Shown here: positions 1-8,104 of the stretch, piece by piece
Position numbering within the stretch: position 1 is the stretch's first letter
Layout of the letters: each line of letters opens with the position of its first letter
Source: an uncultured Eubacteriales bacterium
Lineage (GTDB): Bacteria; Bacillota; Clostridia; Christensenellales; UBA1242
Assembly (NCBI GenBank): GCA_900552105.1
Contig: URYH01000002.1
Span: 10,652 to 74,651 of the forward strand
DNA: 64,000 nt
Direction of reading: 5' to 3'
Program-made: the position numbers and the translations under genes
The notes under the pieces: model-generated
Databases searched by the model: none
What the model saw: the letters and a program-made list of their open reading frames with translations, nothing else
What the model was told of the DNA's origin: nothing

Positions 1-1263
1 TTCAATTTTGTTTAGACTTGAAACAACTGTTCTTGTTTTGATTTCTTCTTTGTGCTCATCGATAATTCCTTCGACAATCGTTCCTGCATCAAGCAAATTA
101 ACAAGCTTGAGTGCTTTTTTCAAACCTAGTTCAGGACTCATGACATCAACACCGCGTTCAAAACGAGCAGAAGAATCTGTTCTTATTCCAAATTTTCTTG
201 ATGTGACACGAACTGTTTTTCTTTCAAAACAAGCACTTTCAAAAATTGCTGTTTTTGTTGTGTCTTCAACGCATGAATTAAGCCCACCAATGACGCCAGC
301 GATGCACATTGGTCTGTTCGGATTTGCAATAACCAAATCTTCGGGTTTGAGCTCATATTTTCCCCCGTCCAAACACTCAATGCTCTCTCCCAGGTTTGCT
401 GGACGAACGATTATTTTTTTGCCATCAATATGACTTTGGTCAAACGCATGCATTGGTTGACCATATTCAATCAGAACATAGTTTGTTATGTCAACCAAAG
501 TGTTGATTGATTTGATTCCAACAGCATTCAATCTGTTTGCAAGCCATTTTGGCGATTTTTTGATTTGCACATCACAAAGTGCTGCTGCCATATATCGAGG
601 ACAAAGAATGTTGTCTTCAACCTCAACTGAAATGTAATCTTTTATATCTTTTGTTTTATCTGCAATATAGGTCAAGTCCTCATTTTTGAATGGGACTTTA
701 TAAATTGCCGCAAGCTCTTTTGCAATTCCAACAACAGAGTTGCAATCTGGACGATTTGCTGTGATATTTACATCAAAAATAACATCGTCAAGTTCAAGAA
801 ATTTTGCAACTGGTGTTCCAAGCGGTATATCTTCTTTGAAAACAAGAATTTGATTTTCGCTGGCACCTGGATAGATGTCGTCACCAATTCCAAGTTCTTC
901 GCCCGAGCAGAACATTCCGTCAGAGTCAACTCCACGCATTTGTGATTTCTTTATTTCAATTCCGTTCGCAAGTTTTGCTCCTGGAAGAGAAACAGGCACC
1001 AAATCACCTTCCTTGATGTTTCTTGCGGAAGTGATGATTTGAACTTGACTATCACCAAAATCAACTTTGCAAACTGTGAGTCTGTCAGCGTTTGGATGTT
1101 GTTTGATTTCCAAAACTTTTCCAATTCTCACATGGTCAATGAATCTATCTTGATAAACAATTTCTTCAACTTCCATTCCTGCAAGTGTGAGTTTGTCTGC
1201 AATGTTTTGTGGAGTGTCAGAAATGTCCACAAAGTCTTTTAACCAATTTAATGTCACTAACAT
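1..1263 (-). CDS. pheT: phenylalanine--tRNA ligase beta subunit, N-terminal ~420 codons (3' end lies beyond the window edge)
   Basis: The reverse-strand ATG at 1263 opens a frame reading MLVTLNWLKDFVDISDTPQNIADKLTLAGMEVEE, a typical PheT N-terminus. It stays open to position 1 and sits 10 nt downstream of pheS. The ORF track misses it because it is truncated by the window. Confidence 0.9.
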   Translation of the reverse strand, partial: MLVTLNWLKDFVDISDTPQNIADKLTLAGMEVEEIVYQDRFIDHVRIGKVLEIKQHPNADRLTVCKVDFGDSQVQIITSARNIKEGDLVPVSLPGAKLANGIEIKKSQMRGVDSDGMFCSGEELGIGDDIYPGASENQILVFKEDIPLGTPVAKFLELDDVIFDVNITANRPDCNSVVGIAKELAAIYKVPFKNEDLTYIADKTKDIKDYISVEVEDNILCPRYMAAALCDVQIKKSPKWLANRLNAVGIKSINTLVDITNYVLIEYGQPMHAFDQSHIDGKKIIVRPANLGESIECLDGGKYELKPEDLVIANPNRPMCIAGVIGGLNSCVEDTTKTAIFESACFERKTVRVTSRKFGIRTDSSARFERGVDVMSPELGLKKALKLVNLLDAGTIVEGIIDEHKEEIKTRTVVSSLNKIE

Positions 1264-1272
1264 AATTCACCT

Positions 1273-2292
1273 CTATTTATTTTGACTCAAAAATCTAATA
1301 TCGTTTTCATACATCATGCGAATGTCTGGAATTGAATTTATAACCATTGCAATTCTGTCAATGCCAATACCAAACGCAAACCCTGAATAAACTGAACTAT
1401 CAATTCCGCAGTTTTCCAAAACCTTTGGATTAACAATCCCTGCACCAAGAAGTTCCATCCAACCCGTTTGTTTGCAACGAGCACAACCTTTTCCTTTGCA
1501 CATTGGGCAAGTGACGTCCACTTCAACACTTGGCTCTGTAAATGGGAAATATGAAGGACGGAAACGAGTTTGAGTTTTTTCGCCCAAAAGTTGTTTAAGC
1601 AACATATCAAGCATGCTTTTTAGGTCAACGAGTGACACATTTTTGTCAACAACAAGCCCTTCGAATTGATGGAAAACCGGGCTATGAGTTGCATCACTAT
1701 CAACTCTGAATGTTCGTCCAGCAACAACAACTTTGATTGGTGGTTGTTTTCCTTCCATGCTTCTGATTTGTCCAGCAGATGTTTGTGTGCGAAGCAAGAT
1801 GTTTGGCGTGATATAAAACGAATCTTGCATATCGCGAGCTGGGTGGTCTTTTGGAATGTTAAGAGCCTCAAAGTTGTAGTAATCGCTTTCGATTTCTGGA
1901 CCTGTGACAACTTCAAATCCCATATTTTTGCAAATATCAATAACTTTATTGAATGTTTTTTCAAGTGGATGCAATGCCCCAATCTCAACATTTTTTGAAG
2001 GTTCTGTTATGTCAATTTTTTCTCTTTGAATTTTGCTTTCAATAACCTTTTCTTCAATAATCTTTTTGAGTTCAGCAACTCTTGCTTCCAAAAAGTTGCG
2101 AAGATCATTAACAAATGAACCGATTTGTGGTCTGTCTTCGGGTTTGACATCTTTCATTCCGCGAAGAAGTGCGGTAAGTTCCCCACTTTTACCCAAAAAT
2201 TTCACACAAAAAGAATTCAACATGTCCATATCTTGAATTTCTTTCAACCTTTGCTCAGCAAGTTTTCGCAATTCTTCAATTCTTTCTTTCAT
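1273..2292 (-). CDS. pheS: phenylalanine--tRNA ligase alpha subunit
   Basis: 339 aa with class II aaRS motifs (FRPSYFPFTEPS, GAGIVNPKVL, GFAFGIGIDRIAM). It is preceded by a Phe T-box and followed by pheT. Confidence 0.95.
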   Translation of the reverse strand: MKERIEELRKLAEQRLKEIQDMDMLNSFCVKFLGKSGELTALLRGMKDVKPEDRPQIGSFVNDLRNFLEARVAELKKIIEEKVIESKIQREKIDITEPSKNVEIGALHPLEKTFNKVIDICKNMGFEVVTGPEIESDYYNFEALNIPKDHPARDMQDSFYITPNILLRTQTSAGQIRSMEGKQPPIKVVVAGRTFRVDSDATHSPVFHQFEGLVVDKNVSLVDLKSMLDMLLKQLLGEKTQTRFRPSYFPFTEPSVEVDVTCPMCKGKGCARCKQTGWMELLGAGIVNPKVLENCGIDSSVYSGFAFGIGIDRIAMVINSIPDIRMMYENDIRFLSQNK

Positions 2293-2536
2293 TTTCTCTC
2301 CTTAAAAAAAATTGTTTCACCCAACTTTAGGGCGAAACTTTCGCGATACCACCTAAATTCGTGCAAAAGCACCTCATTCATGTTATTACGGAACAACCGC
2401 CGTTCCCTACTAATTTCAGGACGGAGCTAGAAAGTGAATTCAGCAAACTTGTCTTTAACAACCTTTCAGCCCACGAGTTGTTTTCTCTTTCAAGCCAGTT
2501 TTTGCATACTAGTCTTTCATTATCGCCTTTATCAAT
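2293..2536 (-). promoter_or_regulatory. T-box leader (Phe specifier UUC) with terminator/antiterminator, controlling pheST
   Basis: The minus strand carries the T-box sequence AATTTAGGTGGTATCGCG (rc of 2342-2359). Upstream are an AGAGA bulge and a TGGGC distal-loop motif, and a specifier-like GAATTCAC (UUC followed by A). The terminator is GTTTCGCCC-N6-GGGTGAAAC plus U8, just before the RBS. A putative promoter reads TTGACA (2566-2571) -17- TAAATT (2543-2548). Confidence 0.8.
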
Positions 2537-2595
2537 ACGAAAAATTTAGCACATAAAAAAATTATTGTCAATCATTTGAATTATAAAAATGAATA

Positions 2596-3513
2596 ATGTA
2601 TTATCTCAATATGGAATACACAAAGTTAATCGTCACTGACCCACAACCAAAAGAAAATGTTGGCGCCTATTTAAGACACCACAACATTTCATATCGTTAT
2701 TTGGAAAAACTAAAAAAGACATTTGGGCACATCAAACTCAATGGCCAAATTGCCAGAGCCGACACAAAAGTAAAGACCGGCGATGTCATTGAAATCAAAA
2801 GCAATGTGCAAACAAAAAGCAACATTCAAACTTGCATAATACCACTAGATATTGTGTTTGAAGATGATAATATACTCATTATAAACAAACCAGCAGGTCT
2901 TGCGACAATGCCAACAAAAAGCGTTTATAACTATAATCTCGCTGGTGCAATCATGTTTTATATGGAGAAAAAAGACCCTAATTTTGTTTGTCGCATAATC
3001 AATCGGTTGGACAAAGAAGTGTCTGGACTTATTCTTGTCGCAAAGAATTCTTTCACTGCTTCATTTTTTAACGCAAACCCAACCGCTTTTAACAAAACTT
3101 ATCATGCTCTTGTCACTGGAAAAATTAATGAACACTTGACGATTGACAAAAAGATTGCAACACTCATTGACGAAAACGGCTTTAATCAACGAGCGCGAGT
3201 GATTGACGAGGAAAACGGACTTGAAGCAACAACATTTGTCGAACCAATCAAATATCTCAAATCAATTGATTGCACACTTGCAAAAATCACAATCAAAAAC
3301 GGAAGAACACATCAAATCAGAGTCCACACTTCTTCTGTTGGGCACCCACTTCTTGGCGACACAATTTATGGAGAACCATCACAACTTCTTTCACACACCG
3401 CTCTAATTTGCAAAGAACTTGAAATCATAAGCCCAACTGACGGCTCATTTTTGAAATTTATTGTCCCATATCCAAGCGATATTCAAAGGTTGCTGGTTGG
3501 AGAAGAATGTTAA
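2596..3513 (+). CDS. RluA-family (RluD-like) rRNA pseudouridine synthase
   Basis: 305 aa with an S4-like N-terminus and the motifs RLDKEVSGLILVAK (catalytic Asp) and GRTHQIRVH. The start could instead be the ATG at 2611. Confidence 0.85.
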   Translation: MYYLNMEYTKLIVTDPQPKENVGAYLRHHNISYRYLEKLKKTFGHIKLNGQIARADTKVKTGDVIEIKSNVQTKSNIQTCIIPLDIVFEDDNILIINKPAGLATMPTKSVYNYNLAGAIMFYMEKKDPNFVCRIINRLDKEVSGLILVAKNSFTASFFNANPTAFNKTYHALVTGKINEHLTIDKKIATLIDENGFNQRARVIDEENGLEATTFVEPIKYLKSIDCTLAKITIKNGRTHQIRVHTSSVGHPLLGDTIYGEPSQLLSHTALICKELEIISPTDGSFLKFIVPYPSDIQRLLVGEEC

Positions 3514-4196
3514 GGCAATAAATTTAGCATTTCGTCAAGCGAATCTGAATTAAGATATGTGCTTGGAATTGCACCAATAATAATACTTTCAGCAAGAAGC
3601 AGTTCGGTTGTTGTTGCAATATTTTGATTTTGTGTCGGCATAACAACGCTGACATTTGAGTTTATGTTGACATAAATTCTATGAGTTGTTTGGTTAATTC
3701 CCGCTTGATGAAATTCAGAGCGGAAGTTGCAACTAATTACACCAATCGGAATCAATCTTATCGATACCTCTGGTCCCCGCCCAACAAAAATGGGCATTCC
3801 AGAAAAAGTTCCGATTGGAATTGCTATTCCACGTTCTGAAATTTCACTCAGTTTTATTTCGGATAGTTTAACCAAATCACGTGCTAGCCTGTTGATTTCT
3901 GTTGCATCTGCCGAAATCAGTGTGACCATGCCGTTTTCATTACGGCTTATCTTTATCATATCGTCATAAACTGGACCTGAGTTGACGACCTCATAAACCG
4001 CTTGGTTGACAGCCCTTTGAGTGAGTGATTTTACTTTTATTTCACTCATAGACAAAATGACTGGATTGATAACAAAATTAAAGTAGAGCAAAGCCCCAAT
4101 AACAACCAAAACAAAACAAATCGCAGCCAACAACCATTTTTTCTTTCTTGTCAGCCATTTTCTTTTTCTATTCGGTTTTATATATTGGACATACAC
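3510..4196 (-). CDS. yunB: sporulation protein YunB
   Basis: 228 aa with a basic N-terminus and one TM segment. The C-terminal block IGVISCNFRSEFHQAGINQTTHRIYVNINSNVSVVMP resembles the B. subtilis YunB core (recalled alignment). Confidence 0.7.
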   Translation of the reverse strand: MYVQYIKPNRKRKWLTRKKKWLLAAICFVLVVIGALLYFNFVINPVILSMSEIKVKSLTQRAVNQAVYEVVNSGPVYDDMIKISRNENGMVTLISADATEINRLARDLVKLSEIKLSEISERGIAIPIGTFSGMPIFVGRGPEVSIRLIPIGVISCNFRSEFHQAGINQTTHRIYVNINSNVSVVMPTQNQNIATTTELLLAESIIIGAIPSTYLNSDSLDEMLNLLP

Positions 4197-4233
4197 GGGG
4201 TATTATATGTCGCAACATTCTCACACATTCAAA

Positions 4234-4599
4234 TCAACCTTTTGTTTTGCTTTTGAAAATTAATGCAAATATAAAGGCAAAAAACACCGCCGCTGCAATC
4301 CCGCCAGCGGTTGCTTTTAGACCACCAGTGAATATTCCAAGAACTCCACCTTCTTCAACCGCTTCCATTGCTCCGCGTGCAAGTGATGCGCCAAATCCAA
4401 TGATTGGAACATTAATCCCAGCATTCGCAAAATCTGATATTGGTTGAAAAAGGTTAAACGCTTGCAAGATTACGCCAATCAAAACAAATGTCACCAAAAT
4501 CCTTGATGTTGTCATGTTTGTTGTGATGACAAGAATTTGTCCAATCATGCAAACAAATCCGCCAACCAAAAACACCATAAGCCAATTTACCCAAGTCAT
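4234..4599 (-). CDS. spoVAE: stage V sporulation protein AE (SpoVAEB-type)
   Basis: 121-aa polytopic membrane protein containing GFGASLARGA. It overlaps the spoVAD stop by 4 nt, and the order spoVAC-AD-AE is kept. Confidence 0.8.
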   Translation of the reverse strand: MTWVNWLMVFLVGGFVCMIGQILVITTNMTTSRILVTFVLIGVILQAFNLFQPISDFANAGINVPIIGFGASLARGAMEAVEEGGVLGIFTGGLKATAGGIAAAVFFAFIFALIFKSKTKG

Positions 4600-5612
4600 T
4601 TTGCCACCCCTTTTTCAATCACGATTGCGTGGGCAATGCAAGGGATTGTGTCGCCTTGCTGACAAGAAAGTGGCGAGAGCAACGCACCAGTAGGCACAAA
4701 CAGAACCTTGTTGTATTCGCCTTCTTCAACTTTGCGCAAAATGTATGAATTCAGAACACTTGCGCTACAGCCACACCCACTGCCACCCATAAAAACCTTT
4801 TGATTATTTTTATAATACATTTGACCACAATCACCATAATTGTCTCCCAATACATATCCTTCTTCTTCCATCAAATCAATCAAAACTTCACTGCCATGCT
4901 TGCCCAAATCCCCCGTGACAACAAGGTCATAGTCTTCTGGTCTTGTTTTTGTTTCCTTGAAATGAGCAACGAGTGTTGACATTGCGGCAGGTGCCATTGC
5001 TGCACCCATATTGTTGACATCACAAATTCCCCAATCGACCACTTTCCCTATTGTTGCCATGGAAATGACTGGACCTTCGCCCTTTTGCGAAAGGACAAGT
5101 GCCCCCGCTCCTGTCACAGTCCATTGTGAAGTTGGCGGTCTTTGATTGCCAAGTTCAAGTGGAAAACGATATTGTCTTTCAGCTGAAGAAAAATGGCTGA
5201 CTGTCGCACAAACAATATTGTCAAATAGTCCGCTTTCAATAAACACCCCGCCAACAGCCATGCTTTCTGCCATTGTCGAGCAAGCACCATATAACCCAAT
5301 GAAATTTGTTTCATATTGTCTTGCGGTAAAAGTTGAAGAAATAATTTGGTTTAGCAAATCTCCCGAGAGCAAAACGCTTATATCACTTGGTTGAAGTTTT
5401 GCTTTTTCAATCGCACCCAAAACCGCATGTTCAAGTATTTTTCGTTCGGCTTTTTCATACGAATTTTCGCCGACACAATCGTCGTTTAGTGCATAATCAA
5501 AATATGGTCCAAAAAAGCCATTCTTTTCTTTTGGTCCAACAACAGAATAATAGCCAATGATTTTTGGCTTTTTTCGAAATACAATTGTTTGTGTTTGATT
5601 ATTTTTTATCAT
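4596..5612 (-). CDS. spoVAD: stage V sporulation protein AD
   Basis: Thiolase/KAS-like fold (GLYGACSTMAES, GGSGCGCSASV). I chose the ATG at 5612 (MIKNNQ...) because it has a GAGGA RBS and starts just after the spoVAC stop. The longer ORF to 5690 overlaps spoVAC. Confidence 0.9.
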   Translation of the reverse strand: MIKNNQTQTIVFRKKPKIIGYYSVVGPKEKNGFFGPYFDYALNDDCVGENSYEKAERKILEHAVLGAIEKAKLQPSDISVLLSGDLLNQIISSTFTARQYETNFIGLYGACSTMAESMAVGGVFIESGLFDNIVCATVSHFSSAERQYRFPLELGNQRPPTSQWTVTGAGALVLSQKGEGPVISMATIGKVVDWGICDVNNMGAAMAPAAMSTLVAHFKETKTRPEDYDLVVTGDLGKHGSEVLIDLMEEEGYVLGDNYGDCGQMYYKNNQKVFMGGSGCGCSASVLNSYILRKVEEGEYNKVLFVPTGALLSPLSCQQGDTIPCIAHAIVIEKGVAK

Positions 5613-5619
5613 ATAGTCC

Positions 5620-6066
5620 TCAAATAAACATATAAATGAATCCAACAATAATGCTTGAAACCACGCCCGACACAATAACTGGTCCCGCAACTGTAAACAT
5701 CTTTACGCAAATTCCAAAAATAATTCCTTCATGCTTAAATTCAATCGCGGGGCTTGTCACAGAGTTGGAAAATCCCGTTATCGGAACAATGGAACCCGCA
5801 CCCGCAAATGCCCCAATCTTGTCATAAACTCCAAGCCCTGTGAGAAATGACGCCAAGAAAATTAGCACAATAAGGACATATGCCCACTGCGTTGTTTGGT
5901 CGATATTTGGCCAAATGAGCATCAATAATTCGTTAATTCCCTGACCAATTAGGCAAATCACGCCACCAACCCAAAAAGAATTAAACAATGTTGGCCACGG
6001 CTTTGTTTTTGGAATTTTATTTTTTATATACTTGTTATAATTTTCATTTCTTAATTGTTCGTCCAT
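5620..6066 (-). CDS. spoVAC: stage V sporulation protein AC
   Basis: 148-aa 4-TM protein containing GAGSIVPITGFSNSVTSPAIEFKHEG, and first gene of the spoVA C-D-E set. Confidence 0.9.
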   Translation of the reverse strand: MDEQLRNENYNKYIKNKIPKTKPWPTLFNSFWVGGVICLIGQGINELLMLIWPNIDQTTQWAYVLIVLIFLASFLTGLGVYDKIGAFAGAGSIVPITGFSNSVTSPAIEFKHEGIIFGICVKMFTVAGPVIVSGVVSSIIVGFIYMFI

Positions 6067-6163
6067 TTTTTTCCCTCGTCAAAAGAATATTGACAAACAA
6101 AAAGTTTTTAAACTGCGAATTTTTTTTTGAGATGTGCAAATTCTAATAGTAATTGGAGGAAAT

Positions 6164-7558
6164 ATGAAAAAATTTTTGTTATCAGTTTCACTTGTTGCAT
6201 TATGTTTGTGTCTTGTTGGTTGCTCAAACACACAAAAAGACTTGTCTGCAAAACTTGACGCACATCTCAATAGACTCAGTGCAACAATTTCATCTGTTCA
6301 AGACATAAAGAATTCAGAAATAACTTATCAAGCCGCAATAAATCAAGCGCCTTCTTCAACTCGCTTGAACAACCCTGTTGTTAGAGAAAATCCAGATTAT
6401 GACAACAAAATCGCGTTTATTGACTCTTCAAACAAAATTGACTCAACAATCTATCAAGACGTGCTTTGCACAAACGACAATCTCGGCTCGTGCAAAAGCC
6501 AAATTTGTGAACTCATTGAAATGTTGAGATCACTTTCTGCAAAAATCAAAAAAGGCGAAATCAAACTTAATGACAATCAAATCATAGGCGTGAATGAACT
6601 TTTGTCAAACCTTTCAATCAACACAAACAGAATTTCAATGAGCAAAAACGAAACAAACACCGAAGTTGGTAAAGCAAAAGCAATGCTAAACGACAAAAAC
6701 AAAAATCAAGCAGCACTAAATTCAAGATTTATTCGACTTAACAACTGCCTTGAAACCAGACTCACCTATTACAAAAACTGCCTTAATGTCCTTAACCAAA
6801 TTCGCATTTTGCTCGCTTGTGAAAATGGAAATTGCACATATGAAAACGGCAAAGTTTGCATTGATGGAAAATGCTATGACGACACAGAACTCAGCAAATA
6901 TGGCGAAAACACAAACAAACAACAAGAACAAAACGAAAACAAACAATTTTTACTCAACGAAAGCGATTACAAACTGTTTGAAGAGTTCAAAAATTATCTT
7001 GAAAGAACAAAAAAAGAAACTGAACTTCAAAGCCAAGAACTCACAAAAAGCGAGGAGAAAATTGAGAACGACATGCAAAAACAATATGACACTTTGGAAA
7101 TCAAAGACATCAGCAAGTCAAAGCCTGTCCATGATGACGCCATGAGAGACACAAAAGACATCAAAAGTGACCCAAACAACAGATTTGACACAAAAGATAT
7201 CAAAGACGGTCAAAGCGAAAACAAACAAATAAATCGTGAAAATAACAAGATAACACCAAATCAAAACGAACAACAAACAAAAGATATAATCGTTTATGAT
7301 TCTCAAACAAATCACAGCAACCGCAGAGGAAATGTTGACACTTTTCGCGACCCAACAGTCCGCCCTAACATCGATAGTTTCAGACGCGTAAATGGAAAAA
7401 TTGTTTCTCCAAATCAACTATTTATGGAATGGATTATGCAAAAACCTTTTCCAGACAAAATCACAGAAACAAACATCATAATTCTTTCAAATGAAGACCC
7501 TGACAAACAATTCGTTGAAAACACAAACACAAACAACAATAGTTTTGAGTGTTGTTAA
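6164..7558 (+). CDS. hypothetical lipoprotein, Asn/Gln/Lys/Glu-rich
   Basis: A GGAGGA RBS precedes the ATG at 6164. The signal peptide MKKFLLSVSLVALCLCLVGC has the lipobox LVGC. The protein is low-complexity and polar, has a Cys cluster (CENGNCTYENGKVCIDGKC) and ends in CC. I recognise no family. Confidence 0.6.
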   Translation: MKKFLLSVSLVALCLCLVGCSNTQKDLSAKLDAHLNRLSATISSVQDIKNSEITYQAAINQAPSSTRLNNPVVRENPDYDNKIAFIDSSNKIDSTIYQDVLCTNDNLGSCKSQICELIEMLRSLSAKIKKGEIKLNDNQIIGVNELLSNLSINTNRISMSKNETNTEVGKAKAMLNDKNKNQAALNSRFIRLNNCLETRLTYYKNCLNVLNQIRILLACENGNCTYENGKVCIDGKCYDDTELSKYGENTNKQQEQNENKQFLLNESDYKLFEEFKNYLERTKKETELQSQELTKSEEKIENDMQKQYDTLEIKDISKSKPVHDDAMRDTKDIKSDPNNRFDTKDIKDGQSENKQINRENNKITPNQNEQQTKDIIVYDSQTNHSNRRGNVDTFRDPTVRPNIDSFRRVNGKIVSPNQLFMEWIMQKPFPDKITETNIIILSNEDPDKQFVENTNTNNNSFECC

Positions 7559-7596
7559 AAAAATGACCTATGCGTTATGGCATAGGTCGTTTTTTA
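7555..7596. terminator. bidirectional intrinsic terminator between convergent genes
   Basis: The hairpin GACCTATGC-N6-GCATAGGTC (7565-7588) is flanked by an A-run upstream and a T-run downstream. Confidence 0.6.
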
Positions 7597-7815
7597 TCTT
7601 TTGAATTGTTTGAGTTTTGCAACAACTTCTTCAAAATGCGCGAGATTTTTTGACATCCATTGTTTGATTTCGTCTTGATTTGCTTCAAGCATATTGTTTG
7701 CCCTCAAAATTTCAATGCGTTGTAAAATTCGTTCTTTTTCTCTTTGACAGGATTTCAATTCATTGAGTGTTTCTTGAAAAATGTTTGTATTATTCCTAAA
7801 CTCTTCCTTTTTCAT
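7594..7815 (-). CDS. hypothetical small coiled-coil protein (73 aa)
   Basis: Charged helical sequence with no recognisable family. Its start overlaps the end of the upstream ORF by 20 nt. Confidence 0.4.
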   Translation of the reverse strand: MKKEEFRNNTNIFQETLNELKSCQREKERILQRIEILRANNMLEANQDEIKQWMSKNLAHFEEVVAKLKQFKR

Positions 7816-8104
7816 CTTTTCCCCCAGAATCCTTTATATCCCATAACTTATATTGTCCGTCAGGTTTTTCCCAATCACCTTCATAACCCAAAAAAAGTGT
7901 GCCATAACTCGCAAAGTCAAGTCCACGTTTTGCCTTTGTCTTTCGCTTTGTTTCTTCAATTTGTTTATGCAAATCGTTATATGACATGCCAACCGTCATG
8001 ACTTTGATTGGATTTTTTGGATGCTGTTTGTTATATTCACAAGCAAAAGCATCAATACCCAACAAAAACTCGGCATAAATTGCATCTTTTTGGTCTTCGG
8101 TCAT
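7796..8104 (-). CDS. hypothetical protein (102 aa from MTEDQKD...), or the C-terminal continuation of the LRR protein
   Basis: The ATG at 8104 overlaps the TGA of the upstream ORF, giving an ATGA junction. The same frame is also open further upstream, and it reads sensibly only from about NTIKVADA (~8128); the stretch from 8302 down to there looks like noise. See the finding at 8095-8140. Confidence 0.4.
   Translation of the reverse strand: MTEDQKDAIYAEFLLGIDAFACEYNKQHPKNPIKVMTVGMSYNDLHKQIEETKRKTKAKRGLDFASYGTLFLGYEGDWEKPDGQYKLWDIKDSGGKDEKGRV

Noticed and set aside
8-433. A 141-aa plus-strand ORF lies at the window start.
   Set aside because: It is entirely antisense to the pheT coding frame, which has a clear PheT N-terminus and operon context.
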